From an uncultured Candidatus Poseidoniales archaeon (GTDB lineage Archaea > Thermoplasmatota > Poseidoniia > Poseidoniales > CAYMED01), in assembly GCA_964389655.1 (NCBI GenBank), contig CAYMED010000019.1, positions 1-43,396 on the forward strand: a stretch of DNA of 43,396 nt, in the 5' to 3' direction. Position 1 is the stretch's first letter. The number at the start of each line of letters is the position of its first letter. Made by a program: the position numbers and the translations under genes. Below, in pieces: positions 17,876 to 26,768 of this stretch. The notes under the pieces were generated by a model. The model was given only the letters and a program-made list of their open reading frames with translations, ran no database searches and had not been told where the DNA came from.

Positions 17876-20049
17876 TATGGTGATTTATCTCTTAAAAAAA
17901 CTCGAAGTCGATACGCCAAAATTCCTGCTATGCCCAAAGCACCTAGCAGAGAAAGCACTCCTATGAGTGGGGGTAGCCCACCTAGCCACTCCTCAAATGA
18001 TCGCGCAGGTGTATCTGCTTCACTCATTGAAGACCCTTGGCTGGGTGGGGGGCCGGGATTGCATCCCTCTGGTGGAGGGCCAATTCCCGGTCCCCATGTT
18101 TCTCCATGTCCCGCACAAGGATCTCCTTCCCCTCCACCTCCTTGACCGCCACCAGGTTGTGTTGACAAATCTGCTTCACCTCGATAGCAGATCAAAAAGT
18201 AAGGGAACCCCATATCCCCATTGCCATTTTGCATGGTTGAGTGATAATGATAGATGCCTTGTGGAAAGTCGGGAGTTGGTCCGAAATGACCATTGCACAC
18301 ATCTAGGTGCCCTAATCCTTCAGCATATATGTAATCAGAAATCCCGTTGTATCCCGTTTCCCCACTTTTGAGTTCATAGGAACTTTTCATCTCAACTACG
18401 TTCATCTGCTCATCATACCCCCAGAATCCATAGATTGGATAGCCATCGAATGCCACTCCAATCACTTTGGAATGATTGCCATCATAGGTGTTTGGTGCAA
18501 CTAGTTCCGGTGCAGAATTATCATAATCATCCTTGATGTTTTCACCCTCTTCTGGGTGCCAATGCATACAATTAGAATCTGCGTGATAATGGTATGTTCC
18601 ACCTTGAGCAGCATGTCCGTGGCATACGCCTAATTCGATTGGTTGACGGTCTTCATTGTAGGCCCCATGTTCAGCAGCAACCGCATCACCCCCAGGGCCA
18701 TCTTCTGGACCGAAGATTGGAACACCATTCATTGCTACAGCGATTGAGCCTCTGTCTGCTGCACACTCATACTCACCATTTGCTTCAGGACAGTTAGCAC
18801 TGTCATGGCCACCTGTAGTATCGTTAGTAGGATTCCTTGGAATAGACCAGGTGTAATCCTGCACAGATGTACAATCCCCCCCTTGTGTGCAAGCAAGTGT
18901 AGACTCTAAATCGTGGTTTGGAATTCCATTTGATGAAATGATGAGGTGTGTTGCATTGATTACGATCGAGATGTCGCATTGTAAATCATCTGAACCTGAT
19001 GTCGATAAATCATCAATGAGGGGACGATCCTCTAATGTCTGACAAAAGAAATAATCTATCCAAAACTGGGTGAGGTCACTGGAATTGTAACCATTCATAT
19101 TTTCATTCCCAGTTTGATTAGGCCAGATCACTATGAATGTGTGCTGAAGTATTGAATTTGGACAATCATGCCAGTTATCTTTCTCACCACAGTTTAGGAT
19201 CATTGCCTCAAAGGAAAGTGTTATTTCTGTGCCGTTGGGAATCGAATCATCCAATACGAGTTGCCAAGACTGATTGTAAGATGAATTTTGGAAGAGAAGA
19301 TAGTACCACTCAACCATCCCTGAGAATCCCACTACAAGTGAGTTGTCTACCGTCGCGTTCACACCGGGGTAGTGGATGTCCTTGTCGCAGATGTTGACGA
19401 GGTCTAGGGTGATGTAGTGAGTCACATTAACGGTAAGGTTGTCGACGATGAGACAATGCCCGTCAGGTTCCCTTGTCTCATTTGTCATCGTATCATTTTC
19501 TGATTCGTGGACATTTTCGGAATTGCTTGTATTCTCCCCTTTTTGGCTCGTTGTGCCATTTAATTCACCACCCGATGGTGATGAAGGGGAGCGCGAGTCC
19601 CTAATTTCAAGATAAATTGTTTTAGGCTCTGATATCTTGTTTTCAGGAAGATGATGGGCAAGGATCATAACGTCATAGAATCCCGCTTCATTCAATGGCG
19701 CATTCCAAGAAAATTCTCCTGTAAGAGATGTTGGTATGTTTGATTTATTGAACATTTCAGCGCCATTTTGATCCATAATTATGATTTGTACACGAATCTC
19801 CAATGGATGTTCATGGAGCACTTTCCCAGTAATCATTGGAGCGCCATTAGCCAAGTCAATTGGAAGGTGGTCGGCGACGACCGTTGGAGCGGGATGTTGG
19901 TGCTCTGCCTGATGAATCTCGATATATTCTTCCGTTTCTATTGGGTTCGCCGTTGTGATGGCCTCAATTTCTTCATCATCATCCCCCATACAACCTGAAA
20001 ATGCTGCAAAAAATAAGAGAAGTGAAATCAAGAAGGGGAGCCTATCCAT
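17860..20049 (-). CDS. YHYH-domain protein, putative lipoprotein with additional C-terminal TM
   Basis: Lipobox FSGC (Cys20); SNGIPNH, NGVPIFGP, GTYHYH, GVAFDGYPIYG, LDVCNGH, IYHYH; Pro/Gly-rich linker then hydrophobic C-terminus. Confidence 0.9.
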   Translation of the reverse strand: MDRLPFLISLLLFFAAFSGCMGDDDEEIEAITTANPIETEEYIEIHQAEHQHPAPTVVADHLPIDLANGAPMITGKVLHEHPLEIRVQIIIMDQNGAEMFNKSNIPTSLTGEFSWNAPLNEAGFYDVMILAHHLPENKISEPKTIYLEIRDSRSPSSPSGGELNGTTSQKGENTSNSENVHESENDTMTNETREPDGHCLIVDNLTVNVTHYITLDLVNICDKDIHYPGVNATVDNSLVVGFSGMVEWYYLLFQNSSYNQSWQLVLDDSIPNGTEITLSFEAMILNCGEKDNWHDCPNSILQHTFIVIWPNQTGNENMNGYNSSDLTQFWIDYFFCQTLEDRPLIDDLSTSGSDDLQCDISIVINATHLIISSNGIPNHDLESTLACTQGGDCTSVQDYTWSIPRNPTNDTTGGHDSANCPEANGEYECAADRGSIAVAMNGVPIFGPEDGPGGDAVAAEHGAYNEDRQPIELGVCHGHAAQGGTYHYHADSNCMHWHPEEGENIKDDYDNSAPELVAPNTYDGNHSKVIGVAFDGYPIYGFWGYDEQMNVVEMKSSYELKSGETGYNGISDYIYAEGLGHLDVCNGHFGPTPDFPQGIYHYHSTMQNGNGDMGFPYFLICYRGEADLSTQPGGGQGGGGEGDPCAGHGETWGPGIGPPPEGCNPGPPPSQGSSMSEADTPARSFEEWLGGLPPLIGVLSLLGALGIAGILAYRLRVFLRDKSPYHDPV

Positions 20050-20160
20050 GAGTGGTGGTGGTGAATTTCCTACTTGAATTGAAGGGGCATATATGCACTT
20101 TCATTGGCCCATATACTCCTCTAAAGATATGATCAAAGATCGGCTGAAAGATGACGAGTC

Positions 20161-20937
20161 ATGGTTCTGAATCCTTGGCGCCTCGAGGAGCACCGAATTC
20201 TCATCACTGGGAGTTCAAAAGGTATTGGAAAAGCAACTGCCGAAGTCTGTCTTGAACGCGGGGCAGCTGTATATCTCAATGCACGGGGGGAGGGGGATCT
20301 ATTCGCAACAATCAGCGAGCTACAGAATCGCTTCCCTGAATCGAATGTGAATGGATCTGCAGCCGATGTATCTACTGGTGAAGGGCGTTCATCAATTATC
20401 AATGGAGTTCGTAACTGTTGGGGTGCATTAGATGGATTGGTGAATAATGCGGGAACAAACATTCGAAAATCAACTGGGGAGTTCTTACAAAAAGATACAA
20501 AGAAAATTATCTCTACAAATCTTGAAAGCGTCTTTGAATTGACCCGTGATGCATTACCTCTTCTTGAAAAAGGAACAAATGCCTCTATCATAACTCTCGG
20601 ATCAATTGCCTCTTCGAGATATATTTCATCAGGGTCTGTGTATTCCATGACAAAAGCAGCAGTCGAACAATTCATGCGCTATGTGGCGGTGGAGTGGGCG
20701 GAAAAAAAGATCCGTGCGAATGCAGTATTACCCGGTTATACATCCACTCCTCTAACTGAGCCAGTTCTCAGTGATCCAAAGCGCCTTCAGAGGATTCTCG
20801 CATCGATTCCAATGGGGAGGGTTTGTGATCCAAAGGAAATCGCTAATGCAATCGCATTCTTGCTCAGCCCTGCGGCATCGGGTATTACGGGTGCCTTGCT
20901 CCCCGTGGATGGTGGATTCACGGCTTTTGGGCTGTAG
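20161..20937 (+). CDS. Short-chain dehydrogenase/reductase, tropinone reductase-like
   Basis: TGSSKGIG, LVNNAGTNIRK, YSMTK catalytic motif, EWAEKKIRANAV, VDGG. Confidence 0.92.
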   Translation: MVLNPWRLEEHRILITGSSKGIGKATAEVCLERGAAVYLNARGEGDLFATISELQNRFPESNVNGSAADVSTGEGRSSIINGVRNCWGALDGLVNNAGTNIRKSTGEFLQKDTKKIISTNLESVFELTRDALPLLEKGTNASIITLGSIASSRYISSGSVYSMTKAAVEQFMRYVAVEWAEKKIRANAVLPGYTSTPLTEPVLSDPKRLQRILASIPMGRVCDPKEIANAIAFLLSPAASGITGALLPVDGGFTAFGL

Positions 20938-20960
20938 TCTTATTCTATGGTCTAGTCAGA

Positions 20961-23060
20961 TCACCAGTCTGATGCGAGAGGAAGGAAAGCATTTGCCGCC
21001 TTTTCAGCTGCATTGGCCACATCATCGAGTCGTTGCAATACACGATACATGTGCATTGCAGCAAGTGGGTTATCATCACCCTCAGAGAAAACATGTGCCG
21101 CCGCTTCTCTTTCTGCTTCATCAGCTTCATGCTCAAGTAGATTAACCTCTCGAATCATACCTAACAAAGACTGTTGTTCCTTCCTAGAAAATCCAGAATA
21201 CGCCAATTCTTTCAATAATTCAACCGCATCTTCATATTTTCTCACAGTCATGGCGACTCGTTCAGCATGCTCAACCACAAGTGTTCTCGCTTTTTCATTT
21301 TCATAGAGAATTCGAAAAGATAATTGTTCAGCAACATTTTGGGCATAATCAGCAATTCGATCTTGACGGGTAATCATATGAAGAAATGTATCTCGATTGA
21401 ATGCCAAGCGCACTCCTGATAGTGAATCTCTCATCTTATTTTTCAGCAAATCTGCCCTTAGTTCAGCCTCTTGCGTCGCTATAATCTCCTGTTCTGGAAT
21501 TTCTCCAGACACTGCTTTAGATACTGCTTCTAGCATGCCGGTGACTGTTTCTTCAACAGCAGATGCATGCTTGTGAAACAAATCCAATATTCCGCTGCCT
21601 TCTTTCCCGACTGGTGTTTCAACCTGTATGATCGTTCCCCTATCTTCATCATGTTCGGTCACTACACTGTCATTTTTCATAACATAAATTACTGCGAGTA
21701 TTGCTAGTGGGAGGACGATTATTACATTCGTCGGAGAGCCTGCAAAAAGGATGTAAAGGACAATTGACCCTATACCTGCAACGGGCAAACTAGCCACCCA
21801 ACTTCCTGCTATTTTTGCAAACACCCTGAAGTCAACAGCAGATGCGCCACCTGCCAACCCTACTCCAACAACAGCACCAACAAGAGTATGAGTTGTCGAA
21901 ATTGGAACTGCAAGAAATGGCATGGAGAATATGAGAACCGTAGTGGCGGCCCCAAATTCTGCAGCGAATCCACGAGATGGTGTAATATGTGTGATCTTCT
22001 TTCCAATTGTATCCATCACTTTGTATCCCCATGTTGCGACACCAATTGTAATGCCGATTCCGCCTAGAAGAAGCAATCCGATGGGCACCTCTACCTTATT
22101 TGGGGAAAGCGTACCTGTCGGTGATGTGGATATGTCCCAAATTGCAGCCATTGGTCCAATGGCATTGGCCACATCATTCGCCCCGTGTGCAAATGCAACA
22201 TAACAAGCAGTGATAATTTGTAACCAAATGAAAACACGTTCTACACCTGCATATCCTTCCTCTTTGAATTCATATCGTTTCAGCGCTTTTCTCATTAAAA
22301 GACTGGCAATTAAACCAATAATGGAAGCAACTAATATGCTATTGAAAGGAATCCACGCAACGTCGGAGAAGGGATTCCAAGACCCATCTTCCTTTGCAGG
22401 CAACCATTTAGATGATTCAATCAGGCCTCTTCCATCAAGGTTCTTGAAAAAACCCTTCAGTGCCTTGAACTGTAGTGCAAGTCCGAGAATTGCAAAGGTT
22501 GGGAATGCCAATACTGGTGCAAGTGATCTTGTCCGAGTTAATGGATCATCATGCTCCATGATCAATTTCTTGATCACATAGAATGACAAGAAGGCTAGAA
22601 CAGCGCCAAGTAATGGGGAAGCAATCCAGCTGAGAATAATCTCAATCACTTTTCCTACATTGACAGACGATGGTTGTATGAACAATCCTACTCCAATTAC
22701 GCCACCTACGATGCTGTGTGTTGTTGATACTGGCAAACCCATTTTGGTGGCTACTGTAAGCCAAATTGCAGCCGAAAGAAGAGCCGCCATGAATCCATAC
22801 ATCAATTTTTGACTTATCTCATATCCGAAATCTTCTCCTCCAAAATCAAGAACACCTTTTCGGATTGTATCAGTAACGTGGCTTCCAAAGAAGACTGCCC
22901 CGCAGAATTCAAACAATGCTGCCACAAGAATTGCCCTCTTGAGAGTTAGAGCCCCACTTCCAACACTCGTACCCATCGCATTTGCAACATCATTCGCTCC
23001 AATGTTCCATGCCATATATGCCGCAATTACTAGTGATGCGAACAGAATGACTTCCCACAT
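20961..23060 (-). CDS. PiT family inorganic phosphate transporter fused to a C-terminal DUF47 (PhoU-like) domain
   Basis: Two GANDVAN motifs, PVSTTHS and PISTTHT; C-terminal helical domain with EAELRAD, QDRIADYAQN, EHEAD, LDDVANAAE. Confidence 0.93.
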   Translation of the reverse strand: MWEVILFASLVIAAYMAWNIGANDVANAMGTSVGSGALTLKRAILVAALFEFCGAVFFGSHVTDTIRKGVLDFGGEDFGYEISQKLMYGFMAALLSAAIWLTVATKMGLPVSTTHSIVGGVIGVGLFIQPSSVNVGKVIEIILSWIASPLLGAVLAFLSFYVIKKLIMEHDDPLTRTRSLAPVLAFPTFAILGLALQFKALKGFFKNLDGRGLIESSKWLPAKEDGSWNPFSDVAWIPFNSILVASIIGLIASLLMRKALKRYEFKEEGYAGVERVFIWLQIITACYVAFAHGANDVANAIGPMAAIWDISTSPTGTLSPNKVEVPIGLLLLGGIGITIGVATWGYKVMDTIGKKITHITPSRGFAAEFGAATTVLIFSMPFLAVPISTTHTLVGAVVGVGLAGGASAVDFRVFAKIAGSWVASLPVAGIGSIVLYILFAGSPTNVIIVLPLAILAVIYVMKNDSVVTEHDEDRGTIIQVETPVGKEGSGILDLFHKHASAVEETVTGMLEAVSKAVSGEIPEQEIIATQEAELRADLLKNKMRDSLSGVRLAFNRDTFLHMITRQDRIADYAQNVAEQLSFRILYENEKARTLVVEHAERVAMTVRKYEDAVELLKELAYSGFSRKEQQSLLGMIREVNLLEHEADEAEREAAAHVFSEGDDNPLAAMHMYRVLQRLDDVANAAEKAANAFLPLASDW

Positions 23061-23083
23061 TGTTATGATTGAGGGAAAATAGG

Positions 23084-23110
23084 TATATTACTTAGATCAT
23101 AAGTAATCTA
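23084..23110. promoter_or_regulatory. Inverted repeat, candidate operator between pit and phoU
   Basis: TATATTACTTA-GATCA-TAAGTAATCTA: perfect 8-bp arms ATTACTTA/TAAGTAAT, extending to 11 bp with one mismatch, within the 76-bp divergent intergenic region. Confidence 0.65.
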
Positions 23111-23136
23111 TATAGCAATATTTAGGATGGCGATTT

Positions 23137-24168
23137 ATGGCATATGGTCCTGGAAGTATCCATACTCGAAGGCTGCAACTAACTGGAGGCAGCACATTTA
23201 CTCTTAGCATTCCAAAGGAATGGGCACTTCATCATGGGATGAGGGCAAAAGATAGTGTCAAGATTGATTGGCGACCCAGTGGTGCTTTGAGGGTTAATCC
23301 TGCATTAGAAAATAAGCCACGGAGAAGAGAAATCTCCCTCAATGTCGATCAAATACCTGTTGGGTCATTAGTCGATCATTTGGTTGCTGCCTATATCGCA
23401 TCAGCTGATCGAATCAGGCTCGTTTCTGCAGATGAATTTACGCGTGAGCAAAAGGCAAGGATCAAGCGATTTATGCGAATGACTTCTGGTTTTGAAATTA
23501 TGAATGAGGATGAAAAAAAGATTGAATTACTCAATCTATTGAATATTGGGGAGATGCCAATTTCATCCGGCCTCAACAGAATGTATCTGCAATTGACTTC
23601 TATCATTCGTGACATCGTAGATGTTCTTTCAGGAGAAGATGAAGCGATATTGGATGATGTTGAAGAAAGAGAGCGTGAAATTGATGCCATGCAACTTCTC
23701 ATTCAACGACAAGTTGGTGCATTGCTTGAGTCTCACAAAGTTGCCGTTGAATTGGACACTGGCAGGAGAACTGCACTAGAGTTTGCAAATTTAGGTAGGG
23801 CCTTTGAGAGAATGGGTGATCATGCACAGTTACTGGCTCAATTGATTATCTCTACAGGGCAGAAGCCAGTGTTGAAATTTGATACAGAGCCATTGAATAA
23901 ATTAGAAGTATGGCAGACATCAATTAAAGCGTTGATGATCAACCTCCGTACAGAAAACCCAAAAGAAATCCATGATGCAAGAATGGAATTAAAGAAAGCG
24001 CAGCAAAACCTCTCTGAGCACGAGGATACCCTTTGGAGAGGAAGAACAAATGTAACATCGGTTCTTTATCAATTCAGGGTTTCAGAAACGATTCGTCGCT
24101 TGTGCGCATATGCCCGTGATATGGGAGAGATTTTACTCAATATCATAGCCTGTAAGAATACAACATGA
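23137..24168 (+). CDS. phoU: Archaeal phosphate uptake regulator (AbrB-like DNA-binding domain plus PhoU domains)
   Basis: RRLQLTGGSTFTLSIPKEWA N-terminus; EREREID, ERMGDHA PhoU motifs; divergent from the PiT gene. Confidence 0.9.
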   Translation: MAYGPGSIHTRRLQLTGGSTFTLSIPKEWALHHGMRAKDSVKIDWRPSGALRVNPALENKPRRREISLNVDQIPVGSLVDHLVAAYIASADRIRLVSADEFTREQKARIKRFMRMTSGFEIMNEDEKKIELLNLLNIGEMPISSGLNRMYLQLTSIIRDIVDVLSGEDEAILDDVEEREREIDAMQLLIQRQVGALLESHKVAVELDTGRRTALEFANLGRAFERMGDHAQLLAQLIISTGQKPVLKFDTEPLNKLEVWQTSIKALMINLRTENPKEIHDARMELKKAQQNLSEHEDTLWRGRTNVTSVLYQFRVSETIRRLCAYARDMGEILLNIIACKNTT

Positions 24169-24174
24169 GTAAGC

Positions 24175-25863
24175 CTATTCATCAGAGGATATGGGTACTG
24201 GATTTTCTTCAGACTCGATTTGAGTCCAGAGAGTCATGAGATAAATTTGTGCAGCAGATAGCAGGAATGACCACCATACCCACAATGGTAAACCAAGTAA
24301 AAATGGAGTTCGGTCGTTCCACCACCAAAAGTCATTGGCTAGAATAAAGACACTGATTAAGCCTAAAATCGGCAACCTAGCCTCTTTTCGAGGTAGGGCG
24401 GCTTTCCATAGCCCGCGCATCGTACTAGTTCCTGCAACAGCCACCTGTGTGCCAATGAGAACAAGAACCGCTACCCCTACTGCAGGTACGATGATAATGG
24501 GCACATTTGGTCCAACGGGTTCAACCCACCATCCCGCAAACACTTGCGGACTAAAGTGAGCAAGCCCAACCATCAATTCTCCAGCAATTGCCGAAGCAAG
24601 CACAGCACGTCCATCTATTTGGTCGGAAAATAGTGTGGCGGCAACAGCAGGGAAAAGAACGGCATATCCCGTAAATGCCAATAATCCAAGGTCAAGAATG
24701 GTTAAATCGGACCAAAGAGAAAGAAGAAGGCCAAGTATTGCAAGAGAAATGACTGTAATTGTACGAATATTTTCACTATTTTCTTGATCTTTTTGGGCAA
24801 GATCTCGAACTACGAAAGAACCAGCAGAAAGCAATTGTGAGTCCATTGTTGACATCAAGGCGGCAAGCCCTGCAATCAAAATAAGGCCTCCAAACAACTC
24901 ACCACCCGCTTCGACAATTAGGGTCGGGAGAATGTTGTCAGAGGCAGCTCTACTTAGCCCTGGATGATTGAGGTGTCCTAACACCCCAATCAGGATTGGG
25001 GGGATGAATGCTAGCGTTGCAACTAGAGGGTATAGGACAGACATGCGTCCTATTGCTTTGTCATTTTCTGCAGCACACAAGCGCTGGAATAGTTGTGGGA
25101 ACATGGGGTCAGCAAGCATCCATAGAAGAAGAGTACTAGCCCAAATACTCCACACATAAACTTCGGCACGCCCGAGTTTCACAGGAGTTGTTTCGGCGAG
25201 TTCAGCAAAGGCTTTCGATGGACCCCCTACATCTCCCAATACAAGGAATAAACCGGCCCACAATAATAGAAGGGCGAGGAGTCCTTGGGCAACATCTGTT
25301 CGGGCAACAACCATCAAACCTCCTTGCAATGTATATGCCACAACAATGGCGGTTACAAGCACCGCTCCAGTCCAACTTGGCCAGCCAAATAGTGCTTCAA
25401 CTACGATTCCAGCAGCTCGTGGTTGTAAAGCTAAGTAGGGTATTGTAACTAGTACGAAAATAGCCGCCATTGTTTTTTGTGCGGGAACTGAACCGGTTCG
25501 TAGACCAATGATTTCAGGTGCGGTTACGGCACCTAATTCAGCCGATATTGCACGCGCACGTCGCCCAATCCCCCACATGATTACGGCCATGAACCCAGTT
25601 CCAAACGCCATAATTGGCAGAAAGGATAGGCCAACTCGGTAAGCAGCACCGCTTGAGCCATATACAGTAAAGGCGCTGAAATTTGTTGCCGCCATGGTCG
25701 CTAAGAGCAACGGCCATGTCAGAGATCGCCCGCCTAGGAAATATCCTTCATCATCTGTTGGTCGATCCCGACGTGCCCAAATAGCAATTCCAAGCATCAA
25801 TCCAACATACGCAAGTAGGGCGAGCCAAGCAAGCCACACATGGGGCCCTATGGGTTGATACAT
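24175..25863 (-). CDS. Sodium:solute symporter (PanF/PutP family) with C-terminal DUF3311/DUF997-like extension
   Basis: YFLGGRSL, ATNFSAFT, GGLMVVARTDVAQG, AALMSTMDSQLL; tail NDFWWWNDRTPFLLGLPLWVWW. Start at ATG 25863 or TTG 25881. Confidence 0.9.
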   Translation of the reverse strand: MYQPIGPHVWLAWLALLAYVGLMLGIAIWARRDRPTDDEGYFLGGRSLTWPLLLATMAATNFSAFTVYGSSGAAYRVGLSFLPIMAFGTGFMAVIMWGIGRRARAISAELGAVTAPEIIGLRTGSVPAQKTMAAIFVLVTIPYLALQPRAAGIVVEALFGWPSWTGAVLVTAIVVAYTLQGGLMVVARTDVAQGLLALLLLWAGLFLVLGDVGGPSKAFAELAETTPVKLGRAEVYVWSIWASTLLLWMLADPMFPQLFQRLCAAENDKAIGRMSVLYPLVATLAFIPPILIGVLGHLNHPGLSRAASDNILPTLIVEAGGELFGGLILIAGLAALMSTMDSQLLSAGSFVVRDLAQKDQENSENIRTITVISLAILGLLLSLWSDLTILDLGLLAFTGYAVLFPAVAATLFSDQIDGRAVLASAIAGELMVGLAHFSPQVFAGWWVEPVGPNVPIIIVPAVGVAVLVLIGTQVAVAGTSTMRGLWKAALPRKEARLPILGLISVFILANDFWWWNDRTPFLLGLPLWVWWSFLLSAAQIYLMTLWTQIESEENPVPISSDE

Positions 25864-25957
25864 TTTATCGAATCCCAACAATGCTGAAGAAAATATCGAT
25901 TCTACGAACTATCATTCAAGCCGACAGGTCCAAACATGTCCAGCATAACCACCCCAC

Positions 25958-26221
25958 ATGAATGATGAAGGTAAGAAGGGGGTCGGGAAATTGGCAAAGG
26001 GAGCTCTTCGCAAAGCAGTGAGTGGTTCCATCAAAGGAGCAGCAGTGAATGCTGCTGCCAAAGCGACTGAACCGGCGAGAACAGCAATCAAAGAAAAAAT
26101 CGATCATGCAACTTCTGAGGTGCGAAATAAAGCTCAAAAAGAGGCAGAAAAAGTGGCAAAAGAAGCAATGAAAAAGGCAGTAAAGGATCAAGTTAAAGGT
26201 GCATTCGGAAAGAAGGTTTAG
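25958..26221 (+). CDS. Small Lys/Ala-rich helical hypothetical protein
   Basis: 87-aa ATG ORF with amphipathic K/A-rich composition, ending 2 nt before the next start. Confidence 0.65.
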   Translation: MNDEGKKGVGKLAKGALRKAVSGSIKGAAVNAAAKATEPARTAIKEKIDHATSEVRNKAQKEAEKVAKEAMKKAVKDQVKGAFGKKV

Positions 26222-26223
26222 GA

Positions 26224-26700
26224 ATGAATATTTCAACTCCCCCGGTCAAAAATGAAGATGTAGAAGAAGCCCAGAGTGCTTGGGCCGCTTCGATCATTGA
26301 AATTGGTGCATCTCCAACTTGGGAGGCCGCATATGAGTGTGCGGAAAAAGCAGTAAAAAATCTCTATTTGATCGAGGATGATACACTTTTGTTTTGCCCC
26401 ACAAAAGCCTCTGAACAGCAATTTCGCGGAACGCTCAAAAGTGCAGTATCTTATTTTGTTGGCCATGATCATGAATACGAAGAAGACCAAGGTTTTGCTC
26501 TAAAACCATGGGTGAATATCAGATTTGAGAATGCAGGAATTATTGTTAAAGAAGGAATTGCCCTGTCGATGGGAAACTACTACTTCACCGATAAAGAAGG
26601 GGATGAGGTCAAAGCAGAATTTACATTTGCCCATATCCGAGATAAGGAAGGGAACCTTAAGATTCAACTTCATCACTCGGCCTTTCCCTATGGAAAGTGA
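26224..26700 (+). CDS. Iota-class carbonic anhydrase-like protein (COG4337, NTF2-like fold)
   Basis: EDVEEAQSAW, LFCPTKA...FR...AVSYFVG, EDQGFALKPW..IRFEN, MGNYYFT, KAEFTF, LKIQLHHSAFPY match the COG4337 pattern as I recall it. Confidence 0.85.
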   Translation: MNISTPPVKNEDVEEAQSAWAASIIEIGASPTWEAAYECAEKAVKNLYLIEDDTLLFCPTKASEQQFRGTLKSAVSYFVGHDHEYEEDQGFALKPWVNIRFENAGIIVKEGIALSMGNYYFTDKEGDEVKAEFTFAHIRDKEGNLKIQLHHSAFPYGK

Positions 26701-26768
26701 CTATTTTTGATATGGATTGCAATCGATACCGATAAGGAAGAGCATGTATCCCAAAGAAATGATCACCT

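Noticed and set aside
20133-20675. 180-aa ORF antisense to the SDR gene
   Set aside because: Long antisense ORFs are common opposite SDR genes; the plus-strand protein has all catalytic motifs.
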